Source: Octopus sinensis
Taxonomy: Eukaryota
Length of the DNA: 64,000 nt
Direction: 5' to 3'
Assembly: GCF_006345805.1 (NCBI RefSeq)
Contig: NC_043005.1
Span: 33,418,001-33,482,000 of the forward strand
Both the position numbers and the translations under genes were made by a program. The notes below the pieces were generated by a model. It worked only from the letters and a program-made list of their open reading frames with translations. It was not told the origin of the DNA and searched no databases. Positions within the stretch are counted from its first letter, which is position 1, and every line of letters begins with the position of its first letter. Positions 51,040 to 64,000 of the stretch are shown here, piece after piece.

Positions 51040-52830
51040 CCACAAGGGTGGCCCGTTTACTTGCACCATTCTCCCCACCTTCCAGAAACTGGCTAGAAGA
51101 CAACACTTCCCTCTCTACCCATATTTTCCTTTTCAAGTGAAATTTGAAGTCCATCAGGGACTGGTCGAAGAGAAAAGTGTTTGTCTTCAGCCCTTTCAAT
51201 CTCCTCCACCGTACAACTTCATTTGTCATGGCCACCAGGCATTTAAACACAGCCTTTCCTTCCCAGTTAAAGGAAAGCAGCAGGGTGATCTTCATGATGG
51301 ATTCAGTTGACAGCTGGATCCGTCCTAGACGTGACAGCAGGTGTTTGACATAAGCCCACAGGTCAGCAATGCTCAGGTACTGGACAGATGCATGCAGGAC
51401 TGATTTGTCATCCAGCACACATCTTAGATATGCCTAGTTGACGGCACTTCTGTGCCTATAAAATTTATTTTGAACAGGCAAAGCTCCCCAGTAGTATTGC
51501 CAGGCCAGACACTTTTGGAAATTATCCACCAGTCCCAGGCCAAAAGTCCTCCAGAAAAGAGCGGCTAGCTGATCTTCTTCGATGCCCAAGGTCTCCCCAA
51601 GAACATCATTCCAATTTTCCTCCGCTAATCCTCTACAAAAAGCTAAAGTGGATGTTCCACCTATCGCACTGTCCTATTGGCTGAGGACTGAGTGCTTGAA
51701 GATATTCCACTTTCCAAATGTTCCCCTTTAGTCTGTTCTACCCAGGACTGCAGCTCCATTAAAGAAATTAGCTGTGGAAATATGTGTCTGGCAAACAGTG
51801 ACCACACCTGTTCACTGTCGAGGAAGCACTGGAGACGACGTAGCCTCAGTGCATGTCTGTGCATCATCAACCTTAATCACCAAGCAGCAGGTGCTAACAG
51901 CACATAGACTGCCTGACCATCACGACATGTCCCTTCCACAAGAAGGAGAGTATATTCTCCAGCATAATCAGACAATGGCCAGGACAAGGCATGGCAGTCA
52001 AGCAATAGATGACAGACGCAATATACGCGTTAGCTACCTCTGCCTGACTTTTCAGGGATAGCTTTTTCTCAGCCCATTTCTGAGTGAAAGTAGTCACCCT
52101 GCTCACTACCACATCCCAGCTTTTGTCCATCTGGAGCTCCAGACTGAACTAGACCTCAAGCAATTTAACTGGTTCATCCATCTAGTGCCCAATAATGCAG
52201 TTGGACAGCATGGATTTGCTTCTCAAGGTGCCAAGTCCACTGATTTTTCCTAGTTAATTGTCTTATCCTGAAACCACTCCATAGTCCCTAAGAGCAGTGC
52301 CAATCATTTCTGTGTGTTTATGATCTGACACCACTATGGTGACGTTGTTGGCATATGCCAATACACATCTCCCACATCCTAGGTCATGTGGGATGCCTCT
52401 CAATGTCTCCATTTTATGTAGTAGTGGTTCAAGGGTCAGTGCATACATGAAACAAGAGTGGGCAACCTTGCTGGACCAAGTACATGATGTTGAACAGCTC
52501 TGAGAGGTGACCATTCACTCTGACCACTGAACAGATGTCGCTGTGCATTGCTGCAATCCAGCCCCTGAATACAGGCCTGAAAACCAGCTGCCTTGAGGAT
52601 TGCTGCCAGGTATAGATGGTCAACCTTATCAAAAGCTTTAGACTGATCTAAATTGATCAGAGTCCCATCTGTGCCAAGTTCTTTAGCTACTTTCTCAATT
52701 ATGTATCGCATGAGGTGGAAGTTGCCATGGATGCATCTTTATGGGGTGCCTCCCCTACCAGATTCCTGACAAGAAGTGATAACCTCATAGCTAGCACATG
52801 GGCCAAAATTTTGAACTCAGCATTCAGTAG
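51040..52830 (-). mobile_element. L1/Tx1-like LINE, older copy related to 9600-10985
   Basis: SLLNAEFKILA, INLDQSKAFDKVDH, VQQGCPL, AYA(NN), KLSLKSQAEVAN, RHALRLRRL. Many stops. Confidence 0.88.
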
Positions 52831-55800
52831 AGACAGTTGGTGTCTACCCCGTTCTGTAGTATCATATAATACCCTGTTATAAATCCACATTAGAAAAGTG
52901 GCATACAGTGCCGCAATATAAAAGCGCCAACGAGTGGTTCAAAGCTTATGTTGGTCATTAACAATCTTTTATGATACAAAAAATTTGTTAATTATGGAAG
53001 ACCTATTATCTGGCACATTACAGTTGCAAAAACAACAGGAGTTGCACCAACAACTAACAACAGTAGCAACAGGAGTGCAGCAGCAACAGCAGAAAGTGTC
53101 GAACAACAATACTCAAGAGTCGAACAATAGCACCCAAGAGCCGAACAGCAGTTGTGGGAATTAATATGAATGTCGTGAAACACTGCAAGTTCGTTTTCAC
53201 CAGACAGCATAGCGAATGCCATAAGTGAATTTAGTTATAACCCAGAGGTGGATATAACTTTTTCGGCATACTTCTGAAGATATGAAGAAATCTTCAAAGA
53301 AGAATGCAAGTGTTGGACAAGCAATGAAAAAGTGAGACTACTGTTACAGAAACTAGGTCCTTCAGAACATGAAAAATACTGCAATTTTATTTTGCCTAAA
53401 ACAAGTGAAATTTGTTTCAAGGAAACAACTGAATTGCTATCCAAAATGTTCAGTGATAAGAGTTCCCTGTTTAACTCTCTCTGGGAGTGTTTAAACCTAG
53501 TAAAAGAAGATGATGCAGATTTTATCAGTTATGCAAGAATTGTAAATGAAATTTAACCTGAAAGAATTATCTCAAGACATGTTTAAATGCCTCATCTTTG
53601 TGCAAGGTTTGATGGCAAAGATGCAGAAATACATGCACAGATTCTTACAAAACTAGAACAGGAGGACCAGAATTTAACCCTGCAGGCAGTAGCAGAGGAA
53701 TGTCAAAGAATTATTAACCAGCAACAGGATGTAAAGAAAACTGAAGGAAAATATTTCTCTCAAATGCAGACATATCGACTAGGAATCATCATCAACATCA
53801 TCATCATCATTTAATTTCCGCTTTCCATGCTAGCATGGGTTGGAAAGAAAAAAGAATGTTATGACCAAATCTCTACTATGGATGTGGAGGTCAGCATTTT
53901 AAGAAAGACTATCTATTTCAAACTCGGTAATGTTTTAGTTGTCAAAAAATAGGACATAAAAGCTTGCACTACATAGTGAAGGAAAAAAGGTTGGAAAAAA
54001 AAATTCTTCTGAAAAGGGTTGCTCAATAGAAAGTCATGACAACACCCAAAAAAGAAAGTATGTGTATGTAAGCATAAACAACGTGAACATGAAACTACAA
54101 CTAGACACAGATAGTGACATTACAATTACTGATACTGACACGTGGAAGAAAAATGGGAAACCTACATTAAAGAGAACATTGAAAAGTGCACAAGGCATCA
54201 CAGGTGAAAGATTATACTTCTTAGGCGAAATGGTAAGTGATATTACATTTCGTGGTAAAACCTGTAAATCAGATGCATTAAAGAAAAAATTTTTAAATGC
54301 TTTTCCTGAAGTGCTGTCAGATAAATTAAGATTGTGTACTAAGACTGAGGTATGTTAGGGAAAATTCAATACCAGTGTTCAAATCAAAAAGAACAGAACC
54401 TTTTGCTGTGATAAAACATGTCAATGAAGAATTACACAGATTAGAGAAAATTGGAGTCATTCAAAAAGTGGAATATGCAAAACGGGCAGCTTCAACAGTG
54501 TGTATTAAAAAGAAGAATAACAAAATGAAGGTGTGTGCTGATTTATCTACTAGCTTGAATGAATGTCTGAAAACATGCCACCATTCACTCCCTACTCCAA
54601 AGTTAAGGGGGGGGGGTATTTTCGAAACTGGATCTATCCAATGCGTACCCACAAATTAGAGTAGACCACAAATGCTCAAAATACCTAACAGTGAATATGC
54701 ATAAAGGACTACATAAATATAACAGATTACCATTTGGTCTGAAGGTCGCACTTGCATATTTTCAACAGGCTATGCATGCAATATAAGTGGACTGTAAATT
54801 CACAATTCCATAACTGGATGATATATTAATTAAAAGTGAATCTTGTGATCAGCATGTTGAGCATGTAAAGTGTGTTTTTGAAAAAATAAGAAATTAGTTT
54901 CACACCGAGTGAGGAAAAATGTGAATTTTTCTTAACTAGAATTAAGTATTTAGGACAAATTATCAACAGGAATAGATGATGACCGGATCCGTCAAGGACA
55001 GACACAATTAAAATATGCCTTCTCCGACTAATATAATTACCTTACAAGCTTTTCTAGGTCTAGCAAATTATTATAAAAATTATATACCAAATATGCATGA
55101 ATTGAAAGTTCCACTAAATAATTTTCAAGAGGTGTTTGATGATATCAAAAAAAATATTAATATCAGATTTGTCGTTGGCTCATTTTGATCCGGCAGCAGA
55201 GATTGTTGTAGCTTCTGACACTGCTGAATATAGCATAGGAGCAGTAATGGTGTAAAAACAGTAATATGAAGGCAGTGGTTCATGCCTCACATTTTCTGAT
55301 AGTGGTAGAGAAAAACTGTAGTTAATTAGAGAAAGAAGGTCTAGCAATCATTTTTGCAATGAAGAAATTTCAGATTTTTGCATGAAAGTTTATGGCTACT
55401 AACTGATTGCCGACCGTTATCAAGTGTTGAAGAAAGGATTGCCGACCGTTATCAAGAGTTGAAGAAAGGAATTCCTACCCATAAAGCAAATAGGTTACAA
55501 CACTGGGGTACAATATTACAACTTTAAGATGGAGTATAATACCATCCAAAAGGTTAGGCCATGTGGATTGCCTAACAAGGCTAATTCCAAAAAATATGGA
55601 ATTATTCGAAGATACCATGATGGCTGTGTTGCGAGCGGAAAATGAAATAAAAAACATTTTGTGTAACATCATTCGGGAACTGCCACTAACTATTCAAGAT
55701 ATAAAATTAAAATTGGAGAATGACAAATTCATTGCAAAGATGAAAGAAATGAAGGTAAAAGAAAACAAAAATATACTTAACACAATTGTGAATATTTCCC

Positions 55801-57264
55801 TCTGTGTGATAAAGTGTTGATGTACGCACGAAGTGTTGTAGTGCCAGCCACACTACAAAAGTGTGTATTAAGTGAATTTCATATGGGATACCTAGGGATT
55901 TCAAGAATGAAATCAGTAATGAAGAGTTATATGTATTGGCCTATTACCGACTGTGATATTGAACAATTGGTTGTGCTCTCACAGCAAAGTCACCACTGGT
56001 CAAATTCCAATCATGACCTAAGACAGACAGTCCGTCATCCAGGCTACATATAGATTTTGCTGGAATGGATAACAGCGCATATTATCTGATCATAGTAGAC
56101 AGCTATACCAAGTGGAAGGAGATATGTAAATGCAGTCAACCAACCTCAAAGGTAGCAATAAGCTTCCATCACAAACTTTTTGCATGATACAGTGTACCGG
56201 ACACCATAGTATCAGATAACAGAATGCAGTTTTCAGGATGCAAATTTAAAAATTTCCATGAGAGGTATATAATCAATCACATCTCTACTCCACCATACCA
56301 TCCTAGATCAAATGGGTGAGCAGAAAGTTTCATAGACACATTTAAGCAATCACAAAAAAAAAAATCAAGAAATGAATTAGACAATGATGCAGCACTAACA
56401 CAATTCTTAAGGGTTTACAGAGTAACACCTTACCCAAATACCTGCAGAGCTAATGTTTGCCCAGAAGATAAAATCAATTTTTGATAAACCTACAAAAAAA
56501 AGGTTACAGGGAAAACCCAAGACATACAACAAAGTATTTTAATGTGGAAGATAAAATTCATTTCAAAATTTATAAGAATGGAAGACAAGGTTGGGAGGAC
56601 GGTATAGTGACAAAAAGAATAGGCAGTATGATGCACATAATAAAAGGTCAAATAGGAGAGCACAAATGACATTTGAACCAGATATACTGAAAAAAAGAAG
56701 AAATATCTGATGGAAGTTTGTTATGATTTGTTCAATGTTCCAATACCAAAAGAGGTTAAACGTAGATGGATCAGCAATAGAAAACATAAACAAACAGAAC
56801 AACTAGAAATAGTCCCTAAGCGAAAAAAAAGTATTAAAACTTTTGAGAAAATTAAAATCTCAAAAAAGGGAGATGATAATGGAAAAAAAAAGAATAAAAT
56901 TAAATAAACAATTTGCACTTCCTACAGAAGTCAAATCTCAAAAGGGGAGATGTTATGGGGAGAATCATGACACCCCTTGAGAGAATGGACTAGCTGAACT
57001 TGTGTAAAGAGCAGCGTGTTTGACTGAGAGTGACAAATGAGAAATTGCAGAAAGTCAAAAGGTGTCATTAGTGGAGTCGCAGGAAATTTTTGGGAAGTTC
57101 TTATAGTTTGTTGAGAGTTGTTTTGGATTGGTTACATTTGTTGGCAAGGTATTTGGGAATACATCGAGTGGAGACAGCTGGTGTCTACTCCATTCCGTTG
57201 TATTATATATCACACTGTTATTAGTGCACAACACTAAGGTGATATATTCAGAATCCACATTATA
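52831..57264 (+). mobile_element. Ty3/Gypsy LTR retrotransposon (K02A2.6-like), degenerate, with partial 5' LTR and 3' LTR
   Basis: gag-like KVRLLLQKLG..EHEKY.NFILP, protease LQLDT(G>D)SDITI, RT, RH, integrase RLHIDFAG and PPYHPRSNG. PPT aaaaggggaga|TG at 56951. 52831-52893 aligns to about 57172-57264 (LTR 3' part), followed by a TGG PBS-like motif at about 52899. Confidence 0.92.
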
Positions 57265-57349
57265 AAGGTCACCTACTATCAACTAATTCTAGCTTTCCAA
57301 CCTGGCATTGGATGGAGTCTATTTTCTGTACATTTTAGTGTTTATTGTA

Positions 57350-58620
57350 CTTGTGCATCTTTCACACACAAAAACTATTTTCCCTGTTAACCTTCCCCTG
57401 ATATTGCTGCACCTCTTGTGTGTCCATAGCTTACATTAGATACATCTTATGGAGTTTCTACTTATGCCTTTTCTACAGGTCGAGCAGGGCCATCTACCTG
57501 AAGGGATTTGTGATATGTCCGCTTTCCTACTTACTAAGACTTTAGTTTTTGCTAGATCAACTTTAAGGGCCTTTGATTCTAGACCTTGCTTCCACACCTG
57601 AAATTTCTTCTCTAGTTCTGGAAGTAATTCGGCTATCAGAAGGTCATCAACATAGAGGAGCTCTCAGGGGCATCCTGTCTTAAATTCTCAGGGGGGCTGA
57701 GAACTGATCTTTGGTGAACCCCTACTTGTACCCTGAATTCATCACTATACTCATTGCCAACCCTTACCTTACTGACAGCATCCTTGTACATGGCTTGTAC
57801 AACTCTCACCAACCACTTGTCTATCCCTAGTTAAAGGAGCAGGGGACCCTGTTAAAGGCTTTCTCCATGTCAACAAAAGCCAAGTACAGAGGTTTATTTT
57901 TGGCAAGGTACTTCTACAGCTGTCTTACAAGAAATATAGCATCAGAGGTGCTCCTCTCTTGCACAAAACCAAACTGTATCTCAACTAGTCTAATTCTCCT
58001 CCTAATTAGTTCAGTTATGACTCTCTCCGTAACTTTCATCGTCTGATCCAACAATTTGATACCTCTGTAATTATTTCTGCCTAAGGTGTCACCATTTCCT
58101 TTGTAGCAGTTGATTATGATGCTACAACACCAGTCATAGGGTATGACTCCCTCATGTACAACCTGATTATACAAGTAACTAGATCATAACCCACACTTCC
58201 AGGTAACCAGACTCCCCTTTTCCTATGAGTTCTCTACATTTAGCAACCTTCCATAGTGAATCATCATCCATGCAAACACCTCTTCTCTCCAACATCACAA
58301 TTTCCCCTGGCACACTCTCTTGCAAAACAAAGCACTACAAGCAGCTGGCCCTCACACTGCAAAACATTAGTAAACTTCTTCCTTTCTGCTTCACCCCTGA
58401 CTAAGTATACCTGCTTCCTTTCTAGCTGCCTGATATAGGTCTTGCAACTGCCACCCTTCCAGTCCTTCCAAGCCTGTTTCTTTGCTCTGATAGCCCTGTC
58501 AACTACACTGTACCACCACCATGTCACCTTAGGCCTGGTTGGGACTTTGCAACAGCCACAAATTTGGTCTGTGGCTCTCAGCAAATTGTCCCCCACCCAG
58601 TAGGAACAGACTTCAAGACC
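57350..58620 (-). mobile_element. RTE-clade LINE internal fragment (RT)
   Basis: IP.DW..SIII.CYKG.GD...NNYRGIKLL..QFGF...STSDAIF.VRQL, LAFVDMEKAF, LLYVDDL. Confidence 0.9.
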
Positions 58621-58998
58621 TGAAATCTGGGAGAGGGTTAGTTGATTACATTGACCCAAGTGCTTGACTTGTACTTTATTATAATGACCTCAGAAAGAGA
58701 AAGGCAAAGTCAACTAGCTGAGGGAGAAAACAGTTGACTTTATCAACCTCAACAGCTGACTGGTATCTTTTTTTATCAACCCCACAGAAGGATTAAAGGT
58801 TAAAGTCAACCTCTAATGAGAACAAATAAACACAAGACATTCTGTTCCCTGCAACAACAACAATCATAATAATAATAAAGTCTCCTTCTTCACTACTCCC
58901 AACACTACCTTGAAGATACACTTTTTAAAAATTTCTTTCGTCACTCTTAACTACTTAATTCCTATCATAGTAGAAATTTCTGAGTCTGTAAAACTCAC

Positions 58999-59038
58999 CT
59001 GTCTCAAAAGCCCACCATCACTCCCACCTCACCCTCTG
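58999..59038 (-). other. Candidate 40-nt upstream (5' UTR) micro-exon of the IRF gene
   Basis: Minus strand reads ccttaat ttttttttttcttgtag|CAGAGGGTGAGGTGGGAGTGATGGTGGGCTTTTGAGACAG|gtgagt: branch-like motif, long pyrimidine tract, NAGNAG acceptor and consensus donor. Confidence 0.35.
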
Positions 59039-62000
59039 CTACAAGAAAAAAAAAATTAAGGCTCACTGGTTTAGTTTCAGGCAGTTTCTCATTTATTTAA
59101 TACTTGGTAACAGTCACCTTATCAATGATAAAACATAAGCAACAAGTAGGAAGAGGGCAACAGAACAGTCTGTCAAGTTCCTTTACCCAGTAAGAAACAG
59201 AGAAAGGAATATTTTTCAACACACCAGCGACCTAGTTTTTCTGGTTTGTCCCAAATAACTAGCTCTGTCTGTCACTGTCTATTTATTTTTATACCACACA
59301 CACACACACCTACAAGCTTTTTCACTTCAGTTCAATTATTATACAGACTAGTATTGTCATTTTTATTATTTTCTGGTCGGTTTTAGTCACTAAATTCTAA
59401 AACACACTAACACAAATAAAATCAACAATGGTGAGAATTGAGGGTGATAAGTTCACTTTTAATATTCAGCAGTCTTGAAAATCAACCCAGAAAAATAATT
59501 TTGGTCAGCTGCTATAAATTACAAAATAACAAAAGCTAACAGTGACAGTGTAATAGCTAACTGTTTCCTTGAAGCAGCAGTTGGCTGTTGACTAGTCATA
59601 CAACATACTGCTGCTGCTAATAATAATAATACTGATGATTACAATGTATAAAATATAACCTAAACTCAACAACTACATGACCAAATTATTAGAAAGGGAA
59701 TTTGCAAGTCAACCACAAAAATAAAATAAAGCCCTAAAGATGGAGCATCTACATGTCACTCAATCTGCTAGAAACAGCAGCAAAATCTTCAAGACACATC
59801 TTACTCTCTTCAAAAAAGGGATGACAACAATAAATGGAATGTCTGCTGAATGAGGAGCTGACCTGCAGTTTAAACAACAAATCTAACCCTTCCCCATGCA
59901 CACACACCACCATCGCTATAAATATGTCAGCAAGTGCCTTCAGTCCCCTATTAAATCATTCTAGAGTCTAAATAACAAATTTACAGGTGAAACAGGATGA
60001 AAGATATTGATTGGTAAAAAGTTCAACCACAGCTGACCTTTAACTCTTGACTAATTTCTCTGAAATATCAATGAAAGAATGAATAGAGGATAATGACATT
60101 GTTCAATGCCTTAGTTTTCAAACCATGGTAGTGGTGGTGATGGACTTTGGCTTGTCAGTAATAAAACATTTCTGAAAACACAGGCCAGACATGTTTAGGG
60201 ACAAAGCAGTCAGTGGAACAAACCTTAATACATGACTGATACTTATTTTATAATTGAAAAAAGGAAATACTAAATAGAATGAGAGGATTTGAACTAAGAA
60301 CATTAAGAATCTGGTGGAGTGCAGTCCACTGCACCACTAAAAAGGATAAATTTATTTCACCGCCTCCTTGTTCTTTCCTTTGGGCATGAGTTTGGATGCC
60401 ATTCTTGTCACCAACTGTTTTAGATCATAGACTTAGGAATGCATAAAAGCAATGAGGACTCCGCAAGTAGCAAAGATTGATTTTCTTTAATGCCAAGTGG
60501 CAAATGAATGGGACAAGTGGTAAAAACTGTCCCACATTTGTCAAAAAAGAGGGGGAGTGAGAATATAGATGTAAAAGGAAAACGAAAAAAAAATAGGCAT
60601 TGGAGGGCGATGCATACCCTGTGTGAACACAAAGATAAAATAAAATTTAATTTAATGAATATATTCTCAGGCAAATTCATATTTCAACAAAATTACATGA
60701 AAAGTTATTTCCCCTGCTTATTGTTTATGCATAAGTAACAAAGAAAAAAAGAAAATTTTGATTCACCTGTCCACCAGTTTTGAAGTTTCAAACCAAAATT
60801 TAATGAGTTCAAGCCACTTACCCAATGAGTATTTCTGCCAAATTTGGTGAAAATTTGTTCAACCGTTTTCCAGGAATTTTGCAAACACACAGACAAACAG
60901 ACCAAGATAAGCGATTACAACACTCTGCTTTTGCTTATGCACACAGGATAATAATAATTTGTCATGAAACACTCAGCATAAAAGCAATCAATTTTGTTGA
61001 CTTGAGAGTTTAACAAATAAACACAAAAGATTGGAACCGAAATTTAATCTGAAATGTGATTTGCTGAAAATTCACCTTGAGCTCAAAGCACTCACATCCA
61101 GTAATTAATTGGCTACACTCCACTCATTCTTACAAACACAAAAAACGTGAATAAAGTTCTTCCATTCACAGCGTAACCCTTTAGCATTCAAATTACTCTA
61201 CCAAATGTAAAGCTTATATATTCATACTGTTTTGAATTAATCATGTTTTGTCTCAGCTTTGAGATTTCAATGTGATGATGATGTTATTGCCTATTTTTAC
61301 AATGATATTGTAGGATAGATATTAAAGGCTAGATCTGGCCAGTTTGAACACATATGGCTGGAAATAGCCAGTTTAAATGCTAAAGGGTAAAAAAGGGAAA
61401 ATCTTTACATCTGACAAGAACAACAGAAAGTACAACTGAAATACTAAGCAATTCAACATTCCTCAAGGACTTTGTTCATGTCTGCTCACAAAATCTTTGG
61501 ACCCTTTTATTTAATTTAATTTACTAACATTATCAATTCAATTTTTTTTACAGGACAACTGCCAATTTGAGGAAATCAATAGAGATTGAGGTGGCAAATG
61601 GTTGGCCTAACTGCAGAAATGGCCAGCCCAGTTGCTCAAGTGGCCAGTTTCACTGCTGGGCAAGTGGTCAACTGGATGGCCTGAGTACTAAGTAAGCAAT
61701 TGGTTGACTTCTAAGAATTATAAAAAAAAAACAATTTGTGTCATAATCTAGGTGAGCTCTAGAAAGTTGGCATCAAGGTAAATGTGGAAGCTTCAGCTAG
61801 AATTCCCAATGTAGCAGTCACAATGAGACACAATTCACTTACCAAAAAAAGTAAATAGACAAAACAATAAAATGAAAGAAATAATTCAATCTATTTGGAA
61901 TGGCAATTATTAATGTAAAATTTCAGTTGGACATCAAAGTAGGGCAAAAAATGTGTGTACATGCATAAATAAATAGTTTATGTAAAAGGTACTATGAAGA

Positions 62001-62450
62001 TTCAATTGCATAAAGAATGGGAAGATATATAGCTTGCGCTTTTCTCCTTTTCTCGAGGGCATATTTAAACAAAAACTTCACCACTCCTTCACTATTATTT
62101 TGTTATAATTCTTCTAACATTTTATCATTAGTATCAGTTGTTTAAATTTTAACAATGTCACAAAGCCTATTATATACTTGTAAATGTGAAATCTTGTGAT
62201 ATCTTTAGTCTTGTTGGTTGCATGATAGCTTTCTTGTTTTTTTTTTTTCTGTAGTTTCAGCTCAGAGCTGCAGCCGTGTTGATGCACTGCATGATAGTTG
62301 GGGAAAAAATATATATCTTTCTTCTCTTACTGCTTTCTTTTTCTTTTCATCTTTTTTTTTATTTTTTACACAGAACAAACAATTTAAGAAATAAGCCAAT
62401 AATTTTAGCTTCTTTGGGGTTAAACTGCAATATCTATCTATCTATATGTA

Positions 62451-62481
<31 letters not shown>

Positions 62482-62984
62482 CTGTATCTATGTGTTAATG
62501 GAAAATTTTGTCATGGAAGGTAAGGGAGGGAACTCCAAACTTTAAATTGATTCAAAATTAGATGGTGACATGCAGTTGCAAGTAAGCTTTGTACTGGTAA
62601 ATATGGTGATAACAGTTTCAGCCTGAGACCTAAACAAAATCTAACATGTACTTACAAGATCTTAAAACAATTGACATGATATAGTTTTTATGTAAAACTA
62701 ATTCAGACAATGTAAAGTAATGACTTAAGAAATTGAGTTCATTACAAACCTGCCTGAGACCATACCCTGGTCCTAAGATATAAATTCCATGATTTTAAAC
62801 AAACTAAATGAAAACATCAATCAAAATTTCATGTTAATTTACATTTCAAATACTAGCCAAATAATGACAAAAAAGTTATTTTACTAAATTCTTTATTATT
62901 TTCGAAATTAAATGACAGTATTTCAGCAGAAAGGGTTAAGCATGTCGGCTATCTGGCATAACTGTATATTCTTCATGCAGAGGG

Positions 62985-63865
62985 CAACCCTGGAAAAATT
63001 TTCCAGCGCTACAATTGCAGTTATGTATGTGAATTATTATCAGGTAAATAAATAGCTGAAGGCATTCCTAAGATTCAGTCTTTGGCGACGTAACTACAAC
63101 AATATCGGTACTTCTACGAAAATTCTCATTCTTACAAGGACACAGATTTAAAAAAAGTTGTACTGCAACTTTCTGAGAGTATATGTATGTGCGTATATCA
63201 CACATAGATACACAAACATTTGAATTAACAAAGAAGCCTATACGCGATAGTTTGATCTGCTAGAAATAACAGCTAAGTCAACCCAACCGGACGATTCTTC
63301 TTCATTATTATGGTTGTAAACCAAAGCTAAATAAATACAATTTTAAAAAAATAATAAAACACAGAAACCAGAAAAACGGAATAGAATGATGAACGTGATT
63401 AAATTTTCTGAAGAAATATACCAATATGTCACATATGCAGAATTAAATCGTATGTCTTTTTAACTGTATAAAATAGGTACAGAAATTAAACAAAATAAAT
63501 ATATTTCAACTTTCTTTAATACTAGTCCCTCCTCCACAGATCGTTCTTGTATAGGCGGAGGAAGGGACAAAACATTTTGCCCGGAACTCTCAACAACAGC
63601 ACCTAAAGTATTGCAATTATACAGAAACTTTTTAGTCTTGTCATTTCCCGAAGTTCCGTTTTCTATATTTAGTTTCCCTGAGTTCCGTCTAATTTAGTTT
63701 GGCAATGAAATTAGATCCTGGTGACACTATTCCACAGTTTCACCACATTATTTCAATAAATAATCTAATTCCATTTTTCTGAGAAATGTTTACTGTCTTT
63801 TTTTGTACTAATTTTTTTTTAAAAAACAGGAGGGGTGTAGACATTCTAGGAATTTTTTCCGGACA
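62985..63865. promoter_or_regulatory. Possible promoter-proximal or regulatory region of the IRF gene (GAS-like and Rel-like motifs, raised CpG)
   Basis: TTCN3GAA at 63112, 63777 and 63844. Near-palindrome CTGGAAAAATTTTCCAG at 62990-63006. ISRE-like AGTTCCGTTTTC at about 63652. Motifs only. Confidence 0.25.
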
Positions 63866-64000
63866 TGTAGAATCTCATTCTGTAGGCGTTTTGTTAAGGC
63901 AATGGGAGCATCAACTGACGGGCATTTGGCTGCTATTACTAGCAAATCCAGCGACATGGACGCTCAAGTCAGCCCTGAACGAGCAGATTTTATAATGAAA

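Noticed and set aside
60118-60303. Possible first coding exon of the IRF gene
   Set aside because: No suitable phase-1 donor before the stop and no recognisable protein similarity.

Overview
Repeat-dense, AT-rich eukaryotic DNA, not prokaryotic. The SINE, RTE-tail and microsatellite content strongly suggests a cephalopod (Octopus-like); this is recognition from memory, not a database result. One host gene can be reconstructed: an interferon regulatory factor of the IRF1/IRF2 group on the minus strand. It has four coding exons (49079-49297, 35176-35331, 32561-33187, 30443-30792) joined by GT-AG phase-1 introns into one open frame of about 450 codons. Its 5' end lies further right and is unresolved. 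The rest is mostly decayed mobile DNA: two Gypsy LTR elements, Penelope-like RT, L1/Tx1-like, RTE and R4/Dong-like LINE fragments, mariner/Tc1 elements (one DD37E/TRT-type), Helitron-like and piggyBac-like MITEs, and three tRNA-SINE families. The most interesting observations are: (1) several type-I hammerhead ribozyme motifs, all on the minus strand, two with intact core bases, tied to Penelope-type inverted-repeat structures; (2) an IRF DNA-binding domain whose fifth pentad Trp is Phe and whose recognition-helix Asn is Thr; (3) one symmetric exon carrying Sin3-, HCF- and Fbw7-type linear motifs and bracketed by 110-bp direct repeats. No wholly new multi-gene system is evident.
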